Source: a virus
DNA: 64,000 nucleotides
Virus record (IMG/VR): IMGVR_UViG_3300035162_004467
Span: 1 to 64,000 of that record
Strand: one strand, 5' to 3'
The notes under the pieces were generated by a model. That model was not told the DNA's origin. It ran no database searches and saw only the letters and a program-made list of their open reading frames with translations. Of this stretch, positions 16,338-26,800 are shown piece by piece. Position numbers and translations under genes: made by a program. Positions within the stretch are counted from its first letter, which is position 1. Each line of letters opens with the position of its first letter.

Positions 16338-17432
16338 ATGAAAATTACTATTAAAAGAACTGAAGATCAGTTGGCCCTAGTTCGCGCTATGGGTTCAAAT
16401 AATCGTGAAGAAGCTTACGAGGCTCAGGCCGCTGTTGCAGAACTTCTTGGGCCTGTGGTCACTGAAGTTATCAACAACGCTGTTACCGTTGGAAATCTTT
16501 TCACCACCTTGACTTATCAAGCTGATGATAATCCTTCCCTCCCTCTTGATCTCTTCCACGACATCACTGATGAAGATTATGTACAAGTTTACTCTCAGCA
16601 AGTTGCTGGAGGACTTCCTTACAACCAAGTGTTCCCAGCTCATAACGAGCTGAAATTTAGCACTTACACTCTTGATAGCGCACTCGCTTTCGACCGTAAG
16701 TATGCTAAGAAGGCTCGTGTTGACGTTGTTTCTAAGACCTTCACTCGCATGGCTCAGGAAATTATGCTTAAGCAGGAGCGCACTGCATTCAACGTGCTTG
16801 CTACCGCTCTTGTTGGTGGGAACAGCTTGACTGCTACTGCTGGTGACCATATCACTGCTGCTGCTGGCACTAGCCTTGTTCTTGATGACTTGAACAAGCT
16901 TATCACACTCTCTAAGCGTGTGAATAGCTCGTTTGTCGGTGGAACTCCTGTTGGCGGCTCCAAGTCTGGCGTTACGGATCTTCTCGTTTCTCCCGAAGTT
17001 ATTGAAGATATCCGGGCTATGGCATACAACCCTATTAACACTCGTCAAGCAACTTCTGGAACTACCAGTATGGCTGCTCCTGAAGAACTTCGTTCTCAGC
17101 TTTACAGTGCTGCTGGACTTCCAAGCTTCTATGGTATCAATATCATCGAAGTTCTTGAAATGGGCAAAGGACAGCGTTTCAATAAGATCTTTGATGCTGT
17201 TAAGGGTGGCGTGAGCTTTACTCAAGCTTCTGAGCAGATCCTTATCGGTGTTGATCGTTCTCGTGACGCTCTGCTCCGTCCTGTCGTTCTTGACGAAGGT
17301 TCTACTGGTGAACTCAGCGTTCTCGTTGATGACCAGTTCTCCGTCCGTCAGAACAAGATTGGTTACTACGGTAAAGTCGAAGAGGGTCGCGTTTGTATCG
17401 ACGACCGCGCTCTTTGTGGAATCATCCTCTAA
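16338..17432 (+). CDS. Major capsid protein (HK97 fold)
   Basis: Synteny, 364 aa, strongly biased codons, DLLVSPE motif, followed by a terminator. Confidence 0.85.
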   Translation: MKITIKRTEDQLALVRAMGSNNREEAYEAQAAVAELLGPVVTEVINNAVTVGNLFTTLTYQADDNPSLPLDLFHDITDEDYVQVYSQQVAGGLPYNQVFPAHNELKFSTYTLDSALAFDRKYAKKARVDVVSKTFTRMAQEIMLKQERTAFNVLATALVGGNSLTATAGDHITAAAGTSLVLDDLNKLITLSKRVNSSFVGGTPVGGSKSGVTDLLVSPEVIEDIRAMAYNPINTRQATSGTTSMAAPEELRSQLYSAAGLPSFYGINIIEVLEMGKGQRFNKIFDAVKGGVSFTQASEQILIGVDRSRDALLRPVVLDEGSTGELSVLVDDQFSVRQNKIGYYGKVEEGRVCIDDRALCGIIL

Positions 17433-17451
17433 TTGAGGTTTCCTAAATTTA

Positions 17452-17483
17452 AGGGTCGCCCTACGGGGCGGCTCTTTTTTTTT
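17452..17483 (+). terminator. Intrinsic terminator after MCP
   Basis: AGGGTCGCCC-TACG-GGGCGGCTCT followed by a T-tract. Confidence 0.85.
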
Positions 17484-17515
17484 GATTTTTTTAGTATAAT
17501 CTATTATGATAAGAT

Positions 17516-17899
17516 ATGGCAAACAAAAAGGAATTTTTAGAAGAGTTCAACGTTATTGACGGCAAAGAACGTTCTGAGCGAGAAGATAAGATCCAAAAAG
17601 TAAAAGAATTAGAAGATCTTTTGGGGATCAAGGATGTTAACTCATATGGAACAAATAACAAAGATGTTTTTGCTAGTAATCTTGGTAGCATGTCTATCGG
17701 AGAAATGACGACTCTTGCTCAAAGGGTCGGTCTACCAGCTTCCTCTATTGATACTCCATCAGTATTAAAAAAGAATTTACTTAAGTCTTTCGATATTTAT
17801 GTCCAACAAAATAATGTGACAGTGGCTGGAATAGCGGAACCTGCTGTTGATCCAAAGTCTGAGAATTACGATGAAGTAAAGAAGCTGTTTGAGCTGTAG
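17516..17899 (+). CDS. Hypothetical protein (127 aa)
   Basis: ORF track. Preceded by TTGATT-17-TATGAT-5-ATG (17482-17510). Confidence 0.75.
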   Translation: MANKKEFLEEFNVIDGKERSEREDKIQKVKELEDLLGIKDVNSYGTNNKDVFASNLGSMSIGEMTTLAQRVGLPASSIDTPSVLKKNLLKSFDIYVQQNNVTVAGIAEPAVDPKSENYDEVKKLFEL

Positions 17900-17936
17900 A
17901 GTTCCCTAAATGGCTGTTTTACTGTAAGATTATTTA

Positions 17937-18458
17937 ATGAATGATCTTGGCTCACTAGCAACAAAAATAGTCAATTACGAATTTTCAGAAGACAGGCAGA
18001 GGTTTCCTGTGTCCTATGTTTCTGGTTGGCTTGAGGTTAATATTGGTGAGCTCAATGGACTGACTAATGAGGAATTTTATGTTAATAATACTGGAGCGAT
18101 AGAGGTTACTACTGGTTCTAGCTTATTGCCCATTGAAGAAAATATTTTCTCGACCCTTTATGAAATTCACTATTACGAGAAGGCTTCTAGAGACTCTCTT
18201 CGCGGCTTTACTTACGGAGGAGATACAGATTGGATAACTCTAAAAGAGGGTGACACCACCATTCAAAGACAAAACAAAAACTCTGTTGCTAAAACATACA
18301 GAGACTTGAAGGTTGATGCCACTGATCGTTTAAATGACTTGGTTGGTCGCTATAACCAATACAAGTCTTCTCCCTTGCAGGTGTTTGGTCGAGATGGGGT
18401 TGATCCTGTTGACAGCATTGACTCCTATCAATCTACAAGTTCTTACAGATCATTATAA
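17937..18458 (+). CDS. Putative head-tail adaptor
   Basis: Synteny after MCP. Helical, with a ...EGDTTI... hairpin. Confidence 0.55.
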   Translation: MNDLGSLATKIVNYEFSEDRQRFPVSYVSGWLEVNIGELNGLTNEEFYVNNTGAIEVTTGSSLLPIEENIFSTLYEIHYYEKASRDSLRGFTYGGDTDWITLKEGDTTIQRQNKNSVAKTYRDLKVDATDRLNDLVGRYNQYKSSPLQVFGRDGVDPVDSIDSYQSTSSYRSL

Positions 18459-18907
18459 TGGCTTCATTGCTTACATCTTCTCAAAAGTCAGCGATCCAAA
18501 GTGCGTTAGGCGAAGTTCATGATACTTTCGCTAGAGACATTTATGTTTACATCGAAAAGAAGGTTTCCACAAGACCCTCTAATTTGAACTATAATCCATT
18601 GTATGGCCGTACTAAGGACGACTCTAGGTTGAGTTCACAAACTACGCTAGTCAAGCACACAGTGAAAGCTAGAGTCAATTACACGCCAAATCAGGGAGAG
18701 TCTGTCGTGGATGGTGGAGCACAATTTAATTTGACCGCTTCTCATGGCAAGGTGAGGATCAAAGTTGATTCAGATGGCCACGACAAGGTGAAAGATTCTA
18801 GTAGGATTGAAATTGATGATATTTTATTTACCGTAGATACTGATGCCAAAAATGTGGGGCCATTCTCGACTCAATACTACACTGTGTTCCTTAAACGAGA
18901 AAACTAA
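18458..18907 (+). CDS. Putative head-closure protein
   Basis: Synteny. Beta-rich C-terminus (RIEIDDILFTV...YYTVFLKR). Confidence 0.55.
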   Translation: MASLLTSSQKSAIQSALGEVHDTFARDIYVYIEKKVSTRPSNLNYNPLYGRTKDDSRLSSQTTLVKHTVKARVNYTPNQGESVVDGGAQFNLTASHGKVRIKVDSDGHDKVKDSSRIEIDDILFTVDTDAKNVGPFSTQYYTVFLKREN

Positions 18908-19533
18908 TGTCTAAAGCATTTATATCAGCAACCAAGTTTAAAGTAACTATAAATAAGGCCGCACTTCTCAACGAAGTGACTGCTGGCAGAAATGGTAAGA
19001 TCACTGGGCGAGAAGTAAGAAGTTATGTTCTTCCTATTATTGAAAAAGCACAGGAAGTGTTGGTTAGGGATTTTTACAATCACCCTGTTACAAAAGAAGT
19101 CCAAGCTGGCGCAAATGCTTCAAATAGCTCTGGCACTCTGGGTGGTTACGGGAACCTTTTTGCATTCATTGGTTTCGATAGTGGTGATAACCCCACCCAA
19201 GGTATAGAAGAAATTTTAAAACAAAAGCTCTCTGTTACAGTCAGGGCTATATCTAATGGTAGATTTCGAATATCTATTTTAAATGCTGCATCAAAAGATG
19301 ATATTTTTAGCGTATCTCAAATACCTTGGGCTAGCGGTTCTAGTTGGACAGAAGGAATAGAGAAGGGACTCTCTAATCTTGGTTCGTTTTTATACAGCAA
19401 TAAGGGTATATCTAGATCTAAATCTGGAACAGGTATACAAGTGTTAAATGATTTAAGATCTACTAATTTTAAAACTCAACCTTACATCTCTAACATTATA
19501 AATAGATTCTACAAAAACGTTACAAATTTTTAA
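18907..19533 (+). CDS. Putative neck/tail-completion protein
   Basis: Synteny. Basic, with PW...EKG and QPYI motifs. Confidence 0.5.
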   Translation: MSKAFISATKFKVTINKAALLNEVTAGRNGKITGREVRSYVLPIIEKAQEVLVRDFYNHPVTKEVQAGANASNSSGTLGGYGNLFAFIGFDSGDNPTQGIEEILKQKLSVTVRAISNGRFRISILNAASKDDIFSVSQIPWASGSSWTEGIEKGLSNLGSFLYSNKGISRSKSGTGIQVLNDLRSTNFKTQPYISNIINRFYKNVTNF

Positions 19534-19536
19534 AAC

Positions 19537-20415
19537 ATGAAAGCTCAATTTGATCAAAATTTATTATCCAGCTTTTACTTATGGTTAGAGAACCGTTTGT
19601 TAAAATCTGACACAAAGGCTTATATTACCGGATTAGAAAATAATTTTCGTTATGTTGATTTCGATGATATTCCTTCAGATATGGTTGGGTATCAAGGTGA
19701 GTATAGGCAGCTAGTAGCAGAGTCTAGTATAGACACAGTTAATTCAGGTTTTTTTGTTGGAAATGATTTTATTACGGGAGATTCAAGTGCGAATGGAAAT
19801 GTGTATACAGATTACAATAATGGTCGTATCTTATTCCCTACGGCTTCTGGGACTGGGTTAAATATATCTGGAACCTATTCTGTAAAAGAAGTGAATACTT
19901 ACATCTCTCACGATGATGATGTAGAATTTTTAGTTCATTCTGATTTCTTAGAAAATGGGCAAGATTCCCCCTACTTCTATAATGAAACAGGAGTTCTTGA
20001 TCAAGGGTCTTATTTCCTTCCAGCCTGTTTTGTTTCCTTAGCTTCTTCTCAGAATGAAGAATTCTCATTTGGTGGGGAGGAAGACACTCAAAGTAGGGTT
20101 CGTGTAATGGTACTAACTAAAGATTCTTATGTTTTAGATTCTGTTATTTCTAGACTTAGAGACACAGTAAGAGAGAAGGTCACTCATATTCCTTATGAGA
20201 ATTTCCCATACGCTTATTCTTACTCTGTAAAAGATTTCCCCTATACCTATACTGGCGTTGTAGGAGACCAAGGTAGTAACCCCTTATGTTCTTACATTAA
20301 TAATGTCACAGCTTCAAAAGTTGTTTCTGAAGCTTTGAGAGAAAAAATAAACAAAGACTTCTCTATAGCGTTCTTAGATTTCGATTTATCAACATATCGT
20401 TTCCCAAGGACTTAA
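19537..20415 (+). CDS. Putative tail terminator/neck protein
   Basis: Immediately upstream of the tail tube. LPACFV...FSFGG motif. Confidence 0.5.
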   Translation: MKAQFDQNLLSSFYLWLENRLLKSDTKAYITGLENNFRYVDFDDIPSDMVGYQGEYRQLVAESSIDTVNSGFFVGNDFITGDSSANGNVYTDYNNGRILFPTASGTGLNISGTYSVKEVNTYISHDDDVEFLVHSDFLENGQDSPYFYNETGVLDQGSYFLPACFVSLASSQNEEFSFGGEEDTQSRVRVMVLTKDSYVLDSVISRLRDTVREKVTHIPYENFPYAYSYSVKDFPYTYTGVVGDQGSNPLCSYINNVTASKVVSEALREKINKDFSIAFLDFDLSTYRFPRT

Positions 20416-20450
20416 ACGAGTGTATTTAAAATAAACCCTTTTATATAAAT

Positions 20451-21689
20451 ATGGCCACAAGAACAAGAGTAATTTCACAAAACAAAGCTGTCTATGTCAC
20501 TCCCACTGGCTGGGCTTCACACACCGCACTGACCCCTGTAACGGGCAGAAGTCAGATAAATGCAAAGCACCTTCATCGTGTAGATACATTTTCTTTTGAA
20601 ATGGATCTTGCTGGAGCGCGTCAAGATGTAAGAGAATTTGGCCAGTTGGCACGAATCGGAACTGTTAACCTTACCGAAATTAATCCGACTTTGAGTTTCG
20701 GATACTTTTTGGGAGACGGAGAAAATGAATTAGCGCTTGGTTTCCAAAAATCGATTAATGCTATCGGCAGTTCTGAAGCGGTTGAAGGTCAAATGTGTTC
20801 TGGCCAATTAAAAGAAGACTCAATCTTGAAAGAACGCAATGTTTTCCTTTTAACGGTTGAAGAAGGGGAAGATGCTTTCGCATCGACCACTCCGGCTTTA
20901 ATGGCTGCTAATGAAAATAAGCATGATGTTGTTGGATTCGGAAACTGCTTTATTTCTAGCTACAGTGCAAACTTTAGCGTTGGAGAAATTCCAAGGGCTG
21001 ATATTGAGATGCAAGCTTCTAATGTTGTTTTTTACACTGGCGTTAATTCTGGACTCATTAATCCATCACTTAACCTAGAGGGACAGAGAACCGACTCTGG
21101 TATTACCAATCTTCCCTCTCCAAGTTCTGATGTTGATAATCTTCCATTGGTTCTTCGTCCTCAAGATGTTACTGTCACTTTTGGTGATGCAGGTGATGGT
21201 GTTTCCCCAATTGGTGGACCTTCATTTAGTCAGCTACCAATTCAAAGTGCCTCTATCGAACTACCATTGGCTCGTGAAGTTATTGAGGCTCTTGGTAACG
21301 AGCTTGCTTACGCTAAACTCCTTGAATTCCCAATTGACGTAACCATGAGCATTAGTTCACTTACTAGGGACTTTGCTTCAGGCGCACTTGAGTATGCTTT
21401 GACTGGAACTGCTGAGAATAATAAGACTGACATCACGTTGGATGTTAAAGAAGAGGGAGCTGATAAGCTAAAATACGTTCTCAAAGGAGCTGTTCTTGAT
21501 AATCAGTCATTCTCGCAAGGGCTTGATGACAACGAGACTGTTGATCTTACCTTCTCTGCTCAGATTGGTGGTGCTGCTACCACTGACCAAGGTTTGTTCT
21601 TCTTCCCACAAGCTACTGTCCCTCCATTTGCAGTTGTAAGTGGAGCTGCACACAAAGAGACGGCCCAGCCGATCTCTTTCATTTCGTAG
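20451..21689 (+). CDS. Major tail (tube) protein
   Basis: Synteny, beta-rich with two similar halves, followed by a terminator. Confidence 0.7.
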   Translation: MATRTRVISQNKAVYVTPTGWASHTALTPVTGRSQINAKHLHRVDTFSFEMDLAGARQDVREFGQLARIGTVNLTEINPTLSFGYFLGDGENELALGFQKSINAIGSSEAVEGQMCSGQLKEDSILKERNVFLLTVEEGEDAFASTTPALMAANENKHDVVGFGNCFISSYSANFSVGEIPRADIEMQASNVVFYTGVNSGLINPSLNLEGQRTDSGITNLPSPSSDVDNLPLVLRPQDVTVTFGDAGDGVSPIGGPSFSQLPIQSASIELPLAREVIEALGNELAYAKLLEFPIDVTMSISSLTRDFASGALEYALTGTAENNKTDITLDVKEEGADKLKYVLKGAVLDNQSFSQGLDDNETVDLTFSAQIGGAATTDQGLFFFPQATVPPFAVVSGAAHKETAQPISFIS

Positions 21690-21720
21690 AGGAGCAATAA
21701 AAAACTATAAAACTCACAAA

Positions 21721-21752
21721 GCAGCCTCACCGAAAGGTGGGGCTGTTTTTTT
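21721..21752 (+). terminator. Intrinsic terminator
   Basis: GCAGCCTCACC-GAAA-GGTGGGGCTG followed by T7. Confidence 0.88.
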
Positions 21753-21768
21753 GTGTAATATATAGAGA

Positions 21769-22155
21769 ATGAAGGTTTATCAGCAAGTAACAGGTAAAGA
21801 AGAGTCAATTGTTAATTTAGATATATTAGTCGAGAATACTTACTCTGGATTCTATGTAGCTGCTGGCACTGGAGATGTTGTTACTGGAGAAGGAGGTAGC
21901 ACAGGATTACTTAACAGTGGCTTTGTGTTTTCTGGATATGAGGGGTATGTGTTTGATCAGTCTGGCAGGTTTGTTGGAGGATATGCACCAAATGTCCCAG
22001 TCAATATTTCCGTTCATATGAAAAGCGACGACACTTACTCTTATTTTATCGATGATGTGTTGATCGCCAATAATGTTTCGGGTTCGACTGGATTTGATTA
22101 TATTGAGTTTGAAAAACATGGGGATGCTTCTCTTAATATTGAGTATATTTTTTAG
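21769..22155 (+). CDS. Small S/T-G-rich putative virion protein
   Basis: 10 SG/TG dipeptides in 128 aa. Lies in the tail cluster. Confidence 0.6.
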   Translation: MKVYQQVTGKEESIVNLDILVENTYSGFYVAAGTGDVVTGEGGSTGLLNSGFVFSGYEGYVFDQSGRFVGGYAPNVPVNISVHMKSDDTYSYFIDDVLIANNVSGSTGFDYIEFEKHGDASLNIEYIF

Positions 22156-22206
22156 TATTTGTTGATATATTCTTTTTTTTTACGATAATATGTCGTTGAA
22201 AAGCAT

Positions 22207-22989
22207 ATGAAAGAGCTGTATTCATTCCAAATTAAAAGAAAAGCAAAGCTTAAAACCATTGTCCAGAAAGAGAATGCGAAAGGGAAGATTGTAGAGTCTA
22301 CAAAGACTACAACTAAAACCATTTCTCACAAAGTTATTTTTGCTAAGCCCTCTTACGCAGAAATTGAAAATGCAGAATTCTTTTATGGGCAGCAATATAA
22401 TGATTACATTAATGCTGGGTATCTTACTAGATACTTATTAAATAAGAAAATTGAGGATGCTGGAGGAGGTTCTTCTAAGTCAAGTAATGATTTCATTAAT
22501 AAAGCTTTTGTTGACAATATGGAGGCAGCTAAAGTTATTGAGTTCTACGAAGGTCAAAAAGATTTAGATGAGGAACAAAAGAAAAAATTAGAGGGAGCTA
22601 AAGAGGTATTTGTTGAAACACAAAAAAATGTATCGGATTTCGAAGAGTTCCATAGAATCCAATATAATCAGACAGCAGAAGCAAAATCTGAACAAAAGCT
22701 TATTGAGTGGTTTATTTTTAATTTTTCTTACTATGAAGATAAAATACAAGACTCTACTGAGACTTTCCCGCTTTTTGTAGGGGATGATTTCACAGAAAAA
22801 AGAGAGCATTACTTGCAACTTTGTGAAGATGAGGAGGATCTAGAAGACCCAACTATCTTGAAGAACAAAGGTATTTTTGACCTTTCTTTCGAGACCTTGG
22901 CTAAAGTGGCGAACTTGTGGTATAACAAGATGGGTTCAGGCCAAAAAGAAATTGAAGAGAGTATTAAGGAAGTATTTGGTGATGGATGA
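22207..22989 (+). CDS. Putative tail assembly chaperone 1
   Basis: Helical, charged protein between tube and tape measure. Confidence 0.5.
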   Translation: MKELYSFQIKRKAKLKTIVQKENAKGKIVESTKTTTKTISHKVIFAKPSYAEIENAEFFYGQQYNDYINAGYLTRYLLNKKIEDAGGGSSKSSNDFINKAFVDNMEAAKVIEFYEGQKDLDEEQKKKLEGAKEVFVETQKNVSDFEEFHRIQYNQTAEAKSEQKLIEWFIFNFSYYEDKIQDSTETFPLFVGDDFTEKREHYLQLCEDEEDLEDPTILKNKGIFDLSFETLAKVANLWYNKMGSGQKEIEESIKEVFGDG

Positions 22990-23846
22990 GCGAACGAACT
23001 TCATTGCTACTCTTAGATATATTAAGGGGTTATAGTAAAATAACCTATAAATATAAAAAATACTATTTTAAACACTTCAAGATATACGATAGTCTAAAAC
23101 TTGAAGAGTTTGAGTCAGATTGTATACATCAAGCTAAGAAACAGGGCATTAAGGGTGAAAAGCAACTCTTAGAACAAGCTATTAAAAGAGGCAATTGGTC
23201 GAAGGAGGAGGAAGCTTCACAGAAAGATTTGAAGTGGATGATTGATAAATCAAGAAAAGCCTCTTTAAAGATAGCAGATAATAATACGAAAAAAAGTTTT
23301 GAGGATTCTATTCGGAAACAAGTTGATGAACTTGCCGAACTAGAAATTAAAAAAAATCAATTCATCATTCATAGTGCTGAAAATTTAGCCAGAAGGAAAA
23401 GGGTAAATGAAGAAATTAGTCTGAGTCTTTTTTACAATGAAGAGATGACAGAAATTATTAGTGAAGACGACCTAATTTTATTACTTCCCGAAGTTAACTT
23501 ATTAATAAATGACCTAAGTAATTCTGAAAAGATACTTAAGGTTTCTTACGATCCTTCTTTTTTTGATATCTATTGTTTAAATTATAGACAGCCGAACAAG
23601 ATAATAGACAAAACCATTTATGACATAACTATATGGCAAAAAAATCTGTTGTCTTACGCTTCTGTTCTTTTAAATAAGCTGCAAAACTATGATATTCCTG
23701 ACGATGTTAAAGAGGATGCATTGAAATTATATAATTTCCAGCAAAAAGAGGACTCCTCGAAAGAAGATAAAGTCACAGAAGGGGTATCTGATCTGAGGGC
23801 TAAAATGGCGCAAAATGGAGGAAAGCTGACAGCAGAAGACTTTTAG
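22986..23846 (+). CDS. Putative tail assembly chaperone 2
   Basis: ATGA overlap with the previous gene. Directly precedes the tape measure. Confidence 0.5.
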   Translation: MSERTSLLLLDILRGYSKITYKYKKYYFKHFKIYDSLKLEEFESDCIHQAKKQGIKGEKQLLEQAIKRGNWSKEEEASQKDLKWMIDKSRKASLKIADNNTKKSFEDSIRKQVDELAELEIKKNQFIIHSAENLARRKRVNEEISLSLFYNEEMTEIISEDDLILLLPEVNLLINDLSNSEKILKVSYDPSFFDIYCLNYRQPNKIIDKTIYDITIWQKNLLSYASVLLNKLQNYDIPDDVKEDALKLYNFQQKEDSSKEDKVTEGVSDLRAKMAQNGGKLTAEDF

Positions 23847-23860
23847 TGTATTAAATTGCG

Positions 23861-26800
23861 ATGCCTGCTCCAATTAATATTAATGCTAATTTAAACTTAA
23901 ATCCAGCTAGTATCAATGCCTCTGCCAAGCAGGTGCAACAAGCTTTAGGTAGAATTACAGGCCAAGCTTCTGAGTTTCAAAAATCTCTAGATGCGTCTAC
24001 CGCTCGTGTCTTTGCTTTTGGAGCTACTACTACTGTGATTAACGGGATTACCCAATCTTTTAGGGCATTAGTGTCAACCACTATTAATGTAGAAGCGAAG
24101 TTAAAAGAGATTAATTCTATCTTAGGTGCAGGAGCTTCAGAGTTCAACAAATATAGAAATTCAATTTTTCAGGTAGCTAAAAGCACAGGGCAATCGTTTA
24201 ACACTGTAGCAGAAGGTGCTGCTGAACTTGCTAGGCAAGGTCTTGGTGCAGCAGAGAGTGCTAAAAGATTAGAAGCCGCTCTTGTTCTTACTAGGATTTC
24301 TGGACTTGGAGCGGAGCAATCAGTGAAGGCTCTAACAGCAGCAATGAATGGTTTCACTTCTGCTGGGTTAACTGCGGAGCAAGTGGTTAACAAAATTGTT
24401 GCTGTTGATACTGCATTTGCTGTTTCTGCTCAAGACCTTGCCGATGGTTTTAGTCGAGCTGGATCTACGGCAGAAGATGCGGGAGTTTCTTTCGATGAAC
24501 TGCTTGGTTTAATTACCGCTGTTGAGCAGAGGACTGCGCGAGGTGGAGCTGTTATTGGTAACGCATTTAAATCAATTTTTACTCGCTTGAGCAGGGGTTC
24601 TACAATCGAAGATCTACAATCATTGGGCGTTGCGATAGATGCAAACCAGTCTGGTGTACAAAAATTAAAATCTTTATCTGACGCATTGGAAAAGATATCT
24701 GATCCAACTATAGCAAGTCAAATCAAAGAACTCGCTGGTGGTGTGTTCCAAATTAACGTTGTTAGTGCCGCATTAAAAGATATTGGCAACGATGCTTCTA
24801 TTTTTGGGGAGGCCACCACGACTTCTTTTAAGGCTATAAACGAAGCTACGGAAAAAAATAATGCTCTTAATGATACACTGAAAGCCAACTTAAATTCTCT
24901 TGTTGTTAGCGCGACAAGCCTTGGAGAGAAGATAGGCCAGCTTACTTTCGCTCCTTTGTTGGGGAGCCTAGTTGGGATTGGGACAACCTTAGCAGAAGGG
25001 CTAGATAAAGCTCTTGATCCAGAAAAAGGCAATAAATTTGTTCAAGGATTATTCAAGATTATTGGAGGATTTATCTCTGGTCCGGGGTTAGCATTATTTA
25101 CATTAGCTTTTGTTAAGATCTTTAAGACCGTCCTCAGATTCGCTAGAGAAGGATTTAAGACGGTAATGGAAATGGGTTCTGCTGCCGAAAGAGTCAAGAA
25201 TATTGAAGGTGGTATTGTTGGCTTATTACAGAAAGATGCTGGCTTAAGGAAGAAACTTGTAAGCACTACTGCGACACAAGCTCAAAAAGAACAAGCTGTA
25301 ATCGCGGCCATTAAAAAAGAGAACAGCTTATTAACTCAACAAGAACAGCTAGTAAGAAGGATTGCGAAGGCAACAGCTGCAAGAGGAGTTAGAGGGTATG
25401 GTGGATCAACTGGTTTCACTGGCAAGCGAGGGAAGCGTTTCGCTGCTGGAGGGGAGGGACAAATGGAGCCGAACTTGATGACCGCTATGGCGAAGGAGGC
25501 TAGAGATGCTCCTAGTGGAGCGTCTCCTTTTGTAACTAATTTTAGAGGCAACCCTGCTGTTATGAACACTTCCGAAATGCAAGTTCGCATTAATGGAAGA
25601 GAACAAATCTTGCGCGAAGATCAAATCCCTAGATTTAACAAAGGTAGCGGGAAGAAGAACAAATTCAAAGGTCCAAAAGCGGGAGCCACAGGGACTAAGG
25701 TTGCGAATGATAAAGAATTTGGAGATCGTTTCGTGATGTTGACTCCGAAAATAGACGAAAGAAGTCATTTCGGTCCAATGACGGTGGATGATAAGAAGCA
25801 CAAGGCGACGCATCAAGTTCATGGAATAAAGTCATCTCAAATTAAAAAAGCGTCTGACAAGGAAGAAAATTCTCTAGAGAAAAGAGTTAAAGACAATTTA
25901 TTTAAAGAGGCTGCTGATTGGACTTCAAGAATAAAGCCATTAGATAAATCTGCACCAGTATCTGAAATAGCAAAAGGATTTGATAGTACTCGTGGGGCCA
26001 AAGGAGCTTTACAAGCTGCTATTGGGTCTGCATTTGAAGTGGGCATAAGCAAATCTTTAAAGTATGAGGCTAGAGAGAGAGATCAGGGTGGTGATTTCGA
26101 TGTTAGAGGAGGGCCAAATATCAGCCAAATTCAAAAGCTTTTTGGGATACGTCAGACTATTGGTGATTTTAAAAATGCTAGCTCTGATGGAAACAAGAGA
26201 TCATTCGTAAGAAAAGTAAGAAGAGAGAAACTGGCTGGAGCATTTACTAAAGAAGAGGCCGATCAACAAGCTGCAAAAGCAGCCGACAAAAAAGGAACGA
26301 ACCTTAGATCCGAAAAGAGGAAAGCATATAGCGCACAAAGAGCGAGTAGAATGCCAAACTTACGTCGTAGAGTCCCAACTAATGCGAAAGGTTCATTGCC
26401 AAATTTAAAGTTAAACAAACATGTCCCTAATTACGCAGCTGGTAGTCTAATAAGACCTTTGCTAGGTCTTCTCAAAGGAGGGGGGAGAAGTAGTAAACTT
26501 CTTGGAGGAGGGGCGAGGAAAGCTTCTTTTGGGAAGAGAGCGAAACACCTTGTAGGCAGAGGGGTTGAGGGCGCAAAGCAGAGAGTCAAGGGTAGCGGAA
26601 GTTTAGGCGCGAGTATCGGCTTGAGCATGTTGTCAACCCAACTGCAAGAGGCGAACAAAGCAATAGAAGGTGAAGCGATAACTACCAAGCAAGCTCTTAC
26701 GACTGTCGGGACTGAGATGGCTAGTTTCGCTGCGACCGGAGCAGCGATAGGGGGTCCGATTGGTGCAGCTGCTGGAGCTTTAGTTGGTTTAGGAATAGGC

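Noticed and set aside
16395-17522. 375-aa antisense ORF over the major capsid gene
   Set aside because: It is in codon register with the MCP and stays open simply because the highly biased MCP avoids TTA/CTA/TCA codons.
22207-23846. Programmed frameshift between tail chaperone genes
   Set aside because: The two ORFs have a normal ATGA stop/start overlap, and no convincing slippery heptamer lies near the junction.
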